DNA from: Octopus bimaculoides
Taxonomy: Eukaryota
Length of the DNA: 63,548 nucleotides
Reading direction: 5' to 3'
Assembly: GCF_001194135.2 (NCBI RefSeq)
Contig: NC_068983.1
Span: forward strand, 57,322,550 to 57,386,097
Shown: piece after piece, positions 51,332-63,548 of the stretch
How positions within the stretch are numbered: position 1 is the first letter of the stretch
Layout of the letters: every line of letters begins with the position of its first letter
The notes under the pieces: model-generated
Told to the model about the DNA's origin: nothing
What the model saw: the letters and a program-made list of their open reading frames with translations, nothing else
The model's database searches: none
Position numbers and translations under genes: made by a program

Positions 51332-51891
51332 GTTATTAAACAGTAAGAAGAAGAATAAGAAAAAGAACAATTATAATGATAATAAACAATAATGATAGCA
51401 AAAACAACAACAATGAAGATGATGATGACAATGATGATTATGATAAATATAATAAAAAAAAAGATATTCAATATGTTCCAGGCTGGAAAATAGATCAGCT
51501 GAAATAGATCAGCTTAACCAATGTAGACAACAGATAGAATTTTTTTTCTATAAACCCATGAATATTCGTGAAATAATGAAAAAGAAAAATCACCGTTGCA
51601 TCTTTTGATTTGAATAAAATAGCAACTCTCGAAGAAAAGGAAGACTTTTAAGTTCCTTTAACATTATAATTTCTTTAAGGAATATTAGAGTTACATAGTA
51701 TGATGGGCGGGGGTAGTGGTAGCTGAGGCATTTTCCTAGAATAGTTATAATGGATGAATGAATGACAGAAGAGATTTTGTAATTTTGAAAGTTATTAAAT
51801 CGTTTGTGTTATTATTATGATCGGTTGGTTGTTTTAAATGGTGGGCTTAAGCTTAACTTCAAGACTGCTTATTATAATTCTAGATTCATAA

Positions 51892-52563
51892 TCCTTTCTA
51901 CAATAGGCACAAGGCCTGAATTTTTTTTTTTTGGGGGGGGGGGGGGGGGGGTCAATCAATTAGATCGAAACTAATATGCAACTGGTACTTACTTTATCAA
52001 CCTTAAAAGGATGAAAAGCAAAGTCGACCTTGGTGTAATTTGAACTCAGAATGTTGTGGTAGACGAAATACCACTAAGCATTTCACTTGGCATGCTAACA
52101 TTTCTGCCAGCTTGGGCTTGTAAAATATTCTTTTCTACTCTAAGCACAAGGCCTGAAATTTTGGGGGAGTGGGTGACAGTTGATTAGATTGACCCCAGTA
52201 CACAACTGGTACTTAATTTATCAACCCTGAAAGGATGAAAGGCAAAGTTGACCTCGGTGGAATTTGAACTCAGAATGTAGCAGCAGATGAAATATCGCCA
52301 ACCATTTCGCCCGGCAGCTTGCCACTTTGGGCTTGTGAAATATTCTTTTCTATTCTAGGCACAAGGCCCAAAATTTTTGGAGAGTTGGTGGGGGCAGTCG
52401 ATTAGATCAACCCCACTATGCAACTGGTACTTAATTTATTGACCCTGAAAGGAAGAAAGGCAAAAATCAACCTTAGCGGAATTTGAACTCAGAACGTAGC
52501 GGCAGACAAAATACCGCTAAGCATTTCGCCTGACGTACTAATGGTTCAGCCAGCTTGCTGCCT
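51892..52563 (-). mobile_element. Three family B SINEs in tandem within a single 20-bp TSD
   Basis: ttataattctagattcataa at 51872-51891 and 52564-52583. Confidence 0.88.
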
Positions 52564-52809
52564 TTATAATTCTAGATTCATAACTATACATTATGTCAAC
52601 AATATACATTATGTTCAGTTCTTAACCCATTAAGCCCCACTGTCCTATAAATAGGACACTGAGTATATTTATAGAAGATATTGTTTTGAGACTCCAATAA
52701 AACACCTTTTCCACAACTGCAAATACATAAAATGGCCACCTTTTATAGTCCATATATTGAACACACTACACACTACATAGCAGAATGTCAATTTTTGTAG
52801 TTATATCGT

Positions 52810-53053
52810 CATTGTCGTCATCATCTTAACATCCAATTTTCAATGCTTACATGGGTCACATGGTATTTTCTTGTGGTACATCTTGCACAGCTGGATGCTT
52901 TTCCTGTCACCAACACTTACCTGTTTTCAAATAATGTCATATCTCTCCATGACCAGACATGCTTTCATGGAAAATCAAAAATGAACGAAGAACTACACCA
53001 CTTTCATGACAGTGACACTTGTTTACGACTCACATCATTTCAAGGCAAGGAGA

Positions 53054-53111
<58 letters not shown>

Positions 53112-53280
53112 CTACATACAAAAGGCCTCTTTCAGTTTCCATCTGCCAAATCCACTCCCAAGGCTTTGGTCGGCCTGTAGCTATAGTAGAAGACACTTGC
53201 CCAAGGTGCCACGCTGTGGGACTGAACCTGGTGCCATGTGGCTGGTAGCAAGCTACTTAGCACACAGCCACTCCTGCACC
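52810..53280 (-). mobile_element. Degraded family C variant (52810-53030) and family A head (53110-53280)
   Basis: Match to 39340-39530 and to family A. Confidence 0.7.
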
Positions 53281-53930
53281 TATATATGNNNNNNNNNNNN
53301 NNNNNNNNNNNNNNNNNNNNNNNNNNNNNNNNNNNNNNNNNNNNNNNNNNNNNNNNNNNNNNNNNNNNNNNNNNNNNNNNNNNNNNNNNNNNNNNNNNNN
53401 NNNNNNNNNNNNNNNNNNNNNNNNNNNNNNNNNNNNNNNNNNNNNNNNNNNNNNNNNNNNNNNNNNNNNNNNNNNNNNNNNNNNNNNNNNNNNNNNNNNN
53501 NNNNNNNNNNNNNNNNNNNNNNNNNNNNNNNNNNNNNNNNNNNNNNNNNNNNNNNNNNNNNNNNNNNNNNNNNNNNNNNNNNNNNNNNNNNNNNNNNNNN
53601 NNNNNNNNNNNNNNNNNNNNNNNNNNNNNNNNNNNNNNNNNNNNNNNNNNNNNNNNNNNNNNNNNNNNNNNNNNNNNNNNNNNNNNNNNNNNNNNNNNNN
53701 NNNNNNNNNNNNNNNNNNNNNNNNNNNNNNNNNNNNNNNNNNNNNNNNNNNNNNNNNNNNNNNNNNNNNNNNNNNNNNNNNNNNNNNNNNNNNNNNNNNN
53801 NNNNNNNNNNNNNNNNNNNNNNNNNNNNNNNNNNNNNNNNNNNNNNNNNNNNNNNNNNNNNNNNNNNNNNNNNNNNNNNNNNNNNNNNNNNNNNNNNNNN
53901 NNNNNNNNNNNNNNNNNNNNNNNNNNNNNN

Positions 53931-53975
<45 letters not shown>

Positions 53976-54385
53976 GTATGTATATGTATGTATATACATA
54001 TCTTCTTAGAATCGTGACCTATGACAGTCCAAGAAAGTAGAATTTAACAAATATCGTTTAGCATCCTTTTATACTCGTTAATTAGATTCTTCACAAGCAA
54101 ACCAGACATCAACATCCTTGTACTATTTCTTATTCTTTGAGTCATGATTTGTAGAATGACACACAATGACAGAAAAAAAATATAACATTGTACAGTTTGT
54201 AAATATAATCATCTTCAAATTCATCATTATCGTTGTCGTCATTTTCCGTCATCATCAGCCTCATCATGTTCCATGTTGGTATGGGCGGGTGGGTTTGACA
54301 GAGGATGTAAACACACCAACACTGGTTGTTAAGCGGCGGTGGGGGACGAATATAGACACCAAAATGCACATACACACAAGCACAA

Positions 54386-54438
<53 letters not shown>

Positions 54439-55294
54439 CATATATATACACATATATAGATATAGATATATATGTATATATATCTATTTATATATGTATA
54501 TGTATATATATATATAGGTATATATATATGTAATACATATATGTATGTATATATATATATATATATGTTTATATATGTATATATATATATATGTATTTAT
54601 ATATATGTATATATATTTATGTATATATATGAGAATATAAGGATAAAAATCACATTAATGATTTTTATCAAGTAGTCAGCATGCTATAAAAATGTATAGG
54701 CAATTAATACATTAGATAATGATAACGTACATATGTATATAATTACATCAATATAGATCGGGCAAAAACAACCTTTCTCCAGGGTGCCTGAAGTACTAAT
54801 ACCTTCAAAATACTACCAAAAACTCCAACTAAAATATACACACGGCTGAAAGTGGGCTACCGAGAGAAAATTAAAAAAATACCTCACATTCATTGTGAAT
54901 AGGTTCAAATTTCTGGATTTAAGCAAAAAAATAGCATTTTTCCTTCATCAACACAATACACGGATTGGGAAAATATAAGTCCAAATAACAGCACATACAG
55001 TCCAAAGCAAGTTCACATGTCTGCATACGAATATCTGCATGTACAGATCCAAGGAAAGACAATTCATGAATCCCCTCATGACAGCCAATGTGTATATTTT
55101 GGGAATAGTCAAGCAGTAAATGCTCTTCCAGTCAGGAGTAAAAATAATTAAATTATTTTATATGAAATATTTATTCATTCATAAAAGACTATAAGGATAA
55201 AAATCATGTTAATGATTCTTATCAAGTAGTCAGCATGCTATAAAAATTTATACGCAATTAATACATTAAATTAATGATAATGTACATATGTCTA

Positions 55295-55337
<43 letters not shown>

Positions 55338-55399
55338 AACAAAATTCAATGACTGGAAACTGTGCCAGTGGAGCGCTAACAGCACCAACTGAGCAGGAT

Positions 55400-55745
55400 C
55401 ACTGCCAGAGCAGTGGTCTCACTTCTGTGCTGGTGGCACGTAAAAAGCACCATTTGAGCGTGATCATTTCCAGCTTCGCCTTACTGGCACTTGTGCCGGT
55501 GGCATTTGAATAAGACATTGGACTGACTCCTGTGCAGGTGGCATGTAAAAATGCCATTTGAGCGTGGCCATTGCCATTACCACCGGACTGGCTCTCGTGC
55601 TGGTGTCTTATAAAAAGCACCCACTACACTCCCAGAGTGGTTAGCGTTAGGAAGAGCATCCAGCTGTAGAAACTCTGCCAGATGGGATTGGAGTCTGGTG
55701 TAGCCATCTGGTTTGCCAGTCCCCAGTCAAATCGTCCAACCCATA
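55400..55745 (+). mobile_element. Family C RTE 3' end
   Basis: Subrepeats plus conserved tail. Confidence 0.85.
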
Positions 55746-56004
55746 GAATAGCTTAATCACTAAAAATCATGATGAAGTATATATACAACTTAGTAACATC
55801 AATAGAGAAGATTTATAGAAAATGTATAGTAATTCAAGTATTTAAAATTTTAAAAAATGTTTATTTACTTATTTAGCTTGTATCTATGATGACTGATACC
55901 CTATATTAACTAAAAGAATAGTGAGCCGTAGGACATGCTAACTGTGCACTGGTTTTAAACTAAGAGATACATTATAGGTTCTAAACCACAAGATCAATAA
56001 AGTG

Positions 56005-56280
56005 CTACTTTCTAAAATATTTAAAAGTACGGGTGACGCTATGTACACATGATACCCTAAGATCTAATTGATTATTAATCAGGTTGCCTTCATCTTTATA
56101 CTTACAGATTTCATATGTTTCCATAGATCACTGCTCAGACCCATATCTGCTATTCCTATAAGGCTGTGCTTTTCTTATTATTTCCCATTTGAGGCCAAAC
56201 CTAATTCCACTTTCCTTCACTTCCCAAATCTTACTGGATAATGACGTACAAATCGCCTTATGTTTAAGTTTAAAGGATTA
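56005..56280 (-). pseudogene. Penelope-like element GIY-YIG endonuclease C-terminal fragment
   Basis: TSLSSKIWEVKESGIRFGLKWEIIRKAQPYRNS...YEICKYKDEGNLINNQLDLRVSCVH, resembling the PLE T.LSK.IW.LK......W.I...A.PY.....C.LC..EK...LN...E....C.H pattern. Confidence 0.65.
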
Positions 56281-56439
56281 CATGTGGTTGTATAGATGCT
56301 GTTTCAACTTAATCGAACAACCAATGTATATATAATTATTAGTTGTAGTTATTATTGTACATTTATATATTACATACTGGGTAAGTCGTGAACATAACAT
56401 ACTTGATAATAGAAATATTAATAGCAAAAATATTAATAA

Positions 56440-57355
56440 CTAGCTGTTTTTCCCGGTTTCACTCGGGCAGTGTGGTGGATTTGGTTAAAGGCTATTTCCT
56501 ATGTATATTTTGAATAATAAAACGAACTAGAAATAAAAAAAAATAAAAAATTCCCAAAACAAAAAAAAGTAAGAACAACCCCAAAACAATACGATGCTAA
56601 GGATTTTGCGGGTCGATATTGTAAAACTAACTTCATGTGTGTACCCATAGCCCCATGTAGTCACGGAACCTTATTTGTGGTATAACCTCGCCTTAAAAGA
56701 AAAATATATGGTAGTGCTGTTGTTGTATTGGCGACACAAGAATGTTAATCGAAACTGTTCAAGGTCAATCATAGGTTGGACGTTCATGTACACTGATTAA
56801 AATTGTGAATTTCAATTATTGAAAACGGGTTCCCAGATGGATACAATTGTGCAGAGTCCGTTTGTCTCAATATGGAAAAGCTGTTTGAATGTTGACGTTT
56901 GAAGACATTTGTAACTGAAGTTTAAAAAAACATAGTAATTAGGAAGAGCGTAAGCTATAGCTTTTTTTTTTTAATGCACAAAAAATTGAAATTATTTTTT
57001 TTCTGTGCCTCTGATTAAAATTTTCTAAAAACAAATCCAGCCACATTACTTGGAAAAAAATAATCCTTATTGTGCTGGTTTTTCGTAAAATTTCGCGCAT
57101 GGGAAAGGCAACAAAATCGCTCCTCCACTCTTTGAATGGGATATTCCTATCTTAAAAAGTATTAATCGATTATCTCGGTAACCATGGGAGTTGGAGGGCA
57201 ATAAAAATCTCCTGAACATGAGCGAACCATGCTGCCGCTCTGTGCTGAATTTCACGCAATTCCACTGCACCGTTCTTGAGTGAATCTGCCGACACTCAAT
57301 CAATCAATCAATCGATAAATCAAGCAATCAAGAACACTGCAATTTATAGTATAGA
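56440..57355 (-). mobile_element. Complete non-autonomous Helitron
   Basis: Minus strand begins A|TCTATACTATAAATT and ends cccgagtgaaaccggg (hairpin) aaaaacagCTAG|T; A/T target with no TSD; (ATTG)n near the 5' end. Confidence 0.82.
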
Positions 57356-57445
57356 TAAATAATACTAATATTAATAATAATAATTCTCGTAGTTGCAATT
57401 GTAGAGTTAAATCCCACTGTCCGTTATTAGGCCGATGTCTTTGAT

Positions 57446-57476
<31 letters not shown>

Positions 57477-57477
57477 G

Positions 57478-58031
57478 GCCCACTACACTCTCGGAGTGAT
57501 TGGCGTTAGGAAGGACATCCAGTTGAAGAAACTCTGCCAGATCAGATTGGAACCTGGTGAAGCCATCTGGTTCACCAGTCCTCAGTCAGATTATCCAACC
57601 CATGCTAGCATGGAAAGCGGACGTTAAACAATGATGATGATGATGATGATGATAATGATATATAAAATACAAAATGGGACAGGAACGCAAGACATCCAGA
57701 CAGTTAGATGATACAAAAAAGGGACAACAAAACTCCCAGATACATAATATCAAATAGGCACAAAAGTGTCATGTAGCCCTTGGGCTCATCAGATCCTATC
57801 AAACCATCAAGCCCTGACTAGTACAGAACACAGTCATTAAGTGATGGTGATGATGATGAAGATGATGCTAAAAGGTTAAATGAAAATGCTCAAAAACTAG
57901 GAAAAAATTTCTTCCCAAAAAAGGTTAGTAACATTCTGATAAAAGATTTCATGAAACATTTTTAAAAAATATATTTTCATAAAAAAAATCAACTTTGCAC
58001 TTCAAATCTGCATTAAAAAATTCTCATAAAC

Positions 58032-58101
<70 letters not shown>

Positions 58102-58280
58102 TAGCACATAAAAGCACCTATTACACTCTCTGAGTGGTTGGTGTTAGGAAGGGCATCCAGCTGTAGAAACTCTGCCAGATCAGATTGGAGCCTAGTGTAG
58201 CCATCTGGTTCACCAGTCCTCAGTCAAATCGTCCAACCCATGCTAGCATGGAAATCGGACGTTAAACGATGACGATGATA
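57478..58280 (+). mobile_element. Two near-identical family C RTE tails (57478-57655 and 58105-58280), each in a (TA)n tract
   Basis: Conserved ~170-bp tail with TA repeats on both sides. Confidence 0.88.
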
Positions 58281-58329
58281 TATATATTTACAAGTGTTTA
58301 TATACGTCTTTAATGCTTCAGTCATTTAG

Positions 58330-58560
58330 ACTCCAGCCATGACACCACCTTAAAGAATTTTCATTGAAGAAATGGACCCCAGTAAATAATTTTTTTCCCT
58401 TTTACATCCAGGCCCTTATTCTACCAGGCACTTTTGCTGAACTGCTAGCCTAGAGGAACATAAATACAGCAACACCTGTTATCAACTGGTGGTGGGGGGG
58501 GGGAGACAAACACAGACACAAAGACACACGCACACACACACACACACGTACACACACACG

Positions 58561-58602
<42 letters not shown>

Positions 58603-58760
58603 TACGATGGGCTTCTTTCAGTTTCCATCTACCAAATCTATTCTCATAGTGTTCATTGACCTGAGGCTGAAGTAGAAGACACTTGCCCAAGGTGCCGTGC
58701 AGTGTAACTGAACCCAGAACCATGTGGGTGAAATGCAAATTTCTTACCACACAGTCACAC
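58330..58760 (-). mobile_element. Family A SINE, diverged
   Basis: Head, (TG)n and tail recognisable. Confidence 0.8.
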
Positions 58761-59001
58761 TGTCACTTATACATTTATATATATTTATACATTCACATAT
58801 ACATATAGTCACATAAAAACATAAATATGTACACACAGAAATTCACACACACTTATATATACATCATCATCATCATCATCGTTTAATGTCCACTTTCCAA
58901 GCTGGCATGGGTTATATATATATACATATATATTTATACACATATAAACATATATATACTCATATATACATATATATATACACATATATATATACGCACA
59001 C

Positions 59002-59040
<39 letters not shown>

Positions 59041-59116
59041 NNNNNNNNNNNNNNNNNNNNNNNNNNNNNNNNNNNNTATATATACGCACACATATATATA
59101 AATATATATATATATT

Positions 59117-59162
<46 letters not shown>

Positions 59163-59857
59163 CTCACATATATATAAATAGATAGGAAGACAAGTTGGTA
59201 AGTAGGTAGATATGTTGACACATATGTACATATACATAAAAATCTATAACTTGTTAATTATATTTACTCCATTATATCTCGAACTGATGTCACAAGTCTA
59301 ATTAGGTTACTTTAGACAGGTGTTTTCAATTTCAGAATCCACATTGAATGACCACTTTCTAATACATTTTCGATATTAATTTCACTAGCAAAACCACTAA
59401 TACATCATCTTTAATCAGTCCGTTAGTGGCACTTACTTACTTACCGAGTTTACTGTGTTACTTTATGTGCCGAATTCGCAGTTCTTCAAACCTGATATTG
59501 CCATTTACAAGAGAATGGCATAATTAGGCATGCCTTATTTCTTTTTACTGTTCTTTGGCTAGGAAACATCGCAGAGTTGCCTTAATTGGATTTATACAAT
59601 GTCTTTCTATTGATTTGTATTGTATTATCTGCCTTCTCAATCGTATTATGGCTCTCGTTTCAGCACTTATCCCTGCCATAAAAGCTCCAAAACGCACTCA
59701 TACACCCACAAATACACACATGCATGCACATTTTCTCTCCCTCGATCTCACGCAGCTGTATGTGTAAAATAAAATGCAAATACATGGAATCACACAAATG
59801 CGCCATTCTAGTGATATATGCTTAATTCTACAAAGATATGCATAGCTGCAACCTTAC

Positions 59858-60250
59858 AGGTGCAGGTGTGGCTGTGTGGTAAGAAGTTTGATTCTCAGCC
59901 ACATGGTTCCAGGTTCAGTCCTATTGCATGGCACCTTGGGCAAATGTCTTCTACTATAGCTTTGGACCAATCAATATCTTGTGATTATATTTGGTAGATG
60001 GAAACAGACAGAAGCCCATCATGTGTGTGTGTCTTTCTTTGTATCTATGCTTGTCCCTCATCACCACTTGACAACCAGTGCTGGTATGTTTACATCCTTG
60101 TAACTTAGCATTTCAGCAAAAGAAGCTGGTAAAATAAGTACCAGGCTTTAAAAAATAAATCCTGGGATCGATTCATTTGACTAAAAGTTTTAATGGTGGT
60201 ACCCCAGCATGGCCACTGTCTAATGACTGAAACAACTAAAGGATAAAAGA
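59858..60250 (+). mobile_element. Family A SINE, full length
   Basis: Matches family A. Confidence 0.85.
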
Positions 60251-60809
60251 TTACACTGCCTTAAAAGTAACGGTTGAATTTGTTTCTGGTCCTCAAGGAA
60301 GTTTTGCTATTTATAAGTAGTTGGTGACCCTGGCAGGTGCCACGTAAAAAGGCACCCCATGCACACTATAAAGTGGTTGGAATTCGAAAGGGCATCCAGC
60401 TGTAATAACCTTGCCAAAACTGACCTTGTCTGTACTTGTTTCACATAAAAATCCTTAAGTCCATTCTGCTGAGTGGTTGGTGTTTGGAAAGGCATTCAGT
60501 TGTAAAAATCTTACCAAAACAGTCACGAAAGTTTGGTGCAGGCTTTTGCCTGACCAGCTCTTGTGAAACCGTCCCACCCATGCTAGCATGGAAGGCGGAC
60601 GTTAAATGATGATAAACAACGATGGTAAGTCATCGTTATTGCCATTCGTGAGTGCAAGTGGCGCAGTGGTTTGGGTGTTGCACTTACGACTGTGAAAACA
60701 ATTCTTTGTTTTACAACATTGAAGAGTTACATTATCACTTTTCGAAATGCAATTCATGGTGTCTGATTACATTGTGAGTTTTCTCTTGTCAATCAATTTT
60801 TGTGAACCC

Positions 60810-61890
60810 ATGGATAGATAAAAAATTCATGTTGTTTATGAATGAGTTCCATCATGGAACCAATGCATCCCAGATAGATTGAAACATCAATGAGGGATTT
60901 GGTGAAGATGTGGTGAATGAGCACACTGTACACCAATGATTTGAGAAGTTCTGGTCTGGTGACTTTACTCTTGAAAATCAGTCTCATGAGACCAAGGTGG
61001 ATAATGATGAGTTGGAAACTGTAGTGGAAGTGGATACATCTCAAACTACACGTGAGTTAGCAGCAAGGGTTGATGTTTCGATTCTAATTGTATTAGACCG
61101 TCTGAAACAAATTGGCAGGGTAAAGAAACTGGACAAATGGGTACCACATGAACTGAACAAGCATCAAATGACATACCGTCTTGAAATTTGCTGTTCATTC
61201 TTTGCTGTCATGGCATAAAAGTGAACCATTTTTGCATCATATTGTTACATGTGATGAAAAATGGATTCTTTTCAACAATAGCAAGCATTCTGCACGGTGG
61301 CTGGATACAGACGAAGTGCCAAAACACAATCCAAAGGAGAACATTTACTAAAGAAAGCAAATGGTATCTGTTTGGTGGACCAGCACTGGTGTCATCCACT
61401 ACAGCTTCATGAGACCTGGTAAGTCAATTACAGCAGATGTATACATCACCTAACTGGAGGAAATGATGAGTGAACTTGCAATTAAACAACTGAGATTGGT
61501 CAATTGAGACAGGCCAATTCTCTTGCAAGACAATGCTCGACCACATGTTGTAGAAAGAACGTTACTCAACTTACAGGAACTGAAACTTGGAAGTATTCTC
61601 TCATCCACTAAATTCACCAGACCTTGCACCAACTGACTATCATGTTTGCCAGGAATTAGACAATATTTTGCAAGGAAAAATACTTCAAATCTGATGAAGA
61701 GGCAAAAACAGCCTTTCGTGATTTCATCACGTCTTGCCCTCCAGAATTCTTCGCTGCCAGCATAAATAAGCTACTAATAAGAGGACAAAACTGTGTTGAT
61801 AATTTAGGTGCATACTTTGATTTACGGCATTACTTTTTGTTCAGATGAGTAAAATAAACTTTCAGTTCAAAATTGGACATTTCATTCTTA
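60810..61890 (+). mobile_element. Mariner (DD34D) transposase pseudogene
   Basis: DNDELETVVE...KKLDKWVPHELN...IVTCDEKWILFNN...MVSVWW...LLQDNARPHV..., frameshifted SPDLAPTDYH; right end cttaatgaccgga then TA repeats. Confidence 0.9.
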
Positions 61891-62013
61891 ATGACCGGAT
61901 ATATATATACATGTGGGAGCTCGGTGGCATCATTCCAATACTAGAACAATACAAAGCCCAATGTGACCAGCAATGCATAGCAACATCTGATAGTCTGTTT
62001 GATCACATGATCA

Positions 62014-62081
<68 letters not shown>

Positions 62082-62114
62082 CAGCGTTCTGGCTTCCGTG
62101 CCCTTGGCACCTAA

Positions 62115-62440
62115 ATGGCACCATTTGAGCGTGATCGTTACCAGCGTCGCCTTACTGGCACTTCTGCCGGTAGCATGTGAACAAAACATTCGAGCAGGTG
62201 GCATGTAAAAACACAATTTGAGCGTGGCCGTTGTCAGTACCACCAGACTGGCCCTCGTGCTGGTGGCACATAAAAGCACCCACTACATTCTCGGAGTGGT
62301 TGGCATTAGGAAGGGCATCCAACTGTAGAAACTCTGCCAGATTAGATTGGAGCCTGGTGCAGCCATCTGGTTTGCCAGTCCTCAGTCAAATCGTCCAACC
62401 CATGCTAGCATGGAAAGCAGCCATTAAACGATGATGATGA
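62115..62440 (+). mobile_element. Family C RTE 3' end after (TA)n
   Basis: Subrepeats plus conserved tail and (GAT)n. Confidence 0.88.
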
Positions 62441-62857
62441 AAAATAAATAATATTTGTCTCCTTTTACAGAATCAAAAGGGTTTATATAGGACTGCAAAA
62501 GAATGCTTCTTGATGTGTATATNNNNNNNNNNNNNNNNNNNNNNNNNNNNNNNNNNNNNNNNNNNNNNNNNNNNNNNNNNNNNNNNNNNNNNNNNNNNNN
62601 NNNNNNNNNNNNNNNNNNNNNNNNNNNNNNNNNNNNNNNNNNNNNNNNNNNNNNNNNNNNNNNNNNNNNNNNNNNNNNNNNNNNNNNNNNNNNNNNNNNN
62701 NNNNNNNNNNNNNNNNNNNNNNNNNNNNNNNNNNNNNNNNNNNNNNNNNNNNNNNNNNNNNNNNNNNNNNNNNNNNNNNNNNNNNNNNNTATATATATAT
62801 ACTTTTGTTATTTACACCACCTGTCCTCGTCTGTTGTTATTTTTTGTATATTCTCCC

Positions 62858-62892
<35 letters not shown>

Positions 62893-63548
62893 TACACATA
62901 CACACACATATTTAACATAATTATACACACAAACATACACATGTATATATATACGCAATGCACACACATATGTTGGGTTTCCACACAGTTTCCATCTACC
63001 AAATTGGATCTCAACACATTGATTAGTCTGATGCTATTGTAGAAGACACTTTACCAAGACACTTATAAGCACATTGAAAGCACACTGAATATATTTCATG
63101 TCTCCGACCATTTCTCTGTTAACACATTCTAAGAGTTTTCACATGCAGTACCAAAATTATGTCTAGATTGATGCCAAATTTATGGTCATAAGTTGTTTTG
63201 GCCAGTCTAGGTATAAAGTTGACATCCGACACGTCTGAATTAGATGACAGACTCAAAGTCTGAAAAGTTCGATTTGTGCATGTGAACTTAATATAAAGGT
63301 GGTCAGTTTTAGAATTAGTAACTGATTGTTTTGTAGATAGTTAAAGAGATACAAATTATTTTGTCTAGCAAACTGTGATATTTGTCACAAATGTCTGGAG
63401 AATATCATCAGCTTTATTAAATGCGATAGCCGAAGGAAATATTGTGCTAGTCAAGCATAGATTTCCTCATCTCATTATGCAAAAAAATAATTTTACAGAT
63501 AACTGTTATATATGTTTGGTATAACTATTGGTATATATATATATATAT

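Noticed and set aside
59440-59495. Minus-strand exon with a gtaagt donor
   Set aside because: Stops in all three frames; the donor is part of a (GTAA)3 repeat.

Overview
AT-rich eukaryotic genomic DNA with many N gaps and microsatellites. The SINE repertoire resembles that of octopod cephalopods (inference from pattern recognition; no database search was run). I found no host protein-coding gene I can support, and no rRNA, intact tRNA or CRISPR array. The window is almost entirely mobile DNA: several tRNA-derived SINE families; RTE, L1/Tx1-like and CR1/L2-like LINE remnants; Penelope-like element (PLE) pieces; four different Tc1/mariner-superfamily relics; a pogo/Tigger relic; two Helitrons; and hAT-like MITEs. 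The most interesting signal is a set of long inverted repeats (about 100-612, 33520-33788, 43246-43607, 46621-47045, plus a small one at 14632-14685). The four long ones come from different repeat families and each carries an intact or degenerate minimal type I hammerhead ribozyme (HHR) core of the kind known from PLEs. The best example is a tRNA-headed (Pol III A/B box) element with a complete minimal HHR and an inverted copy of its own 3' part fused to its 5' end, i.e. a candidate SINE mobilised by Penelope machinery. A second notable element is an ORF1-only (HAL1-like) L1/Tx1 derivative whose 3' tail is shared with a SINE subfamily. Most boundaries are approximate (read by eye).
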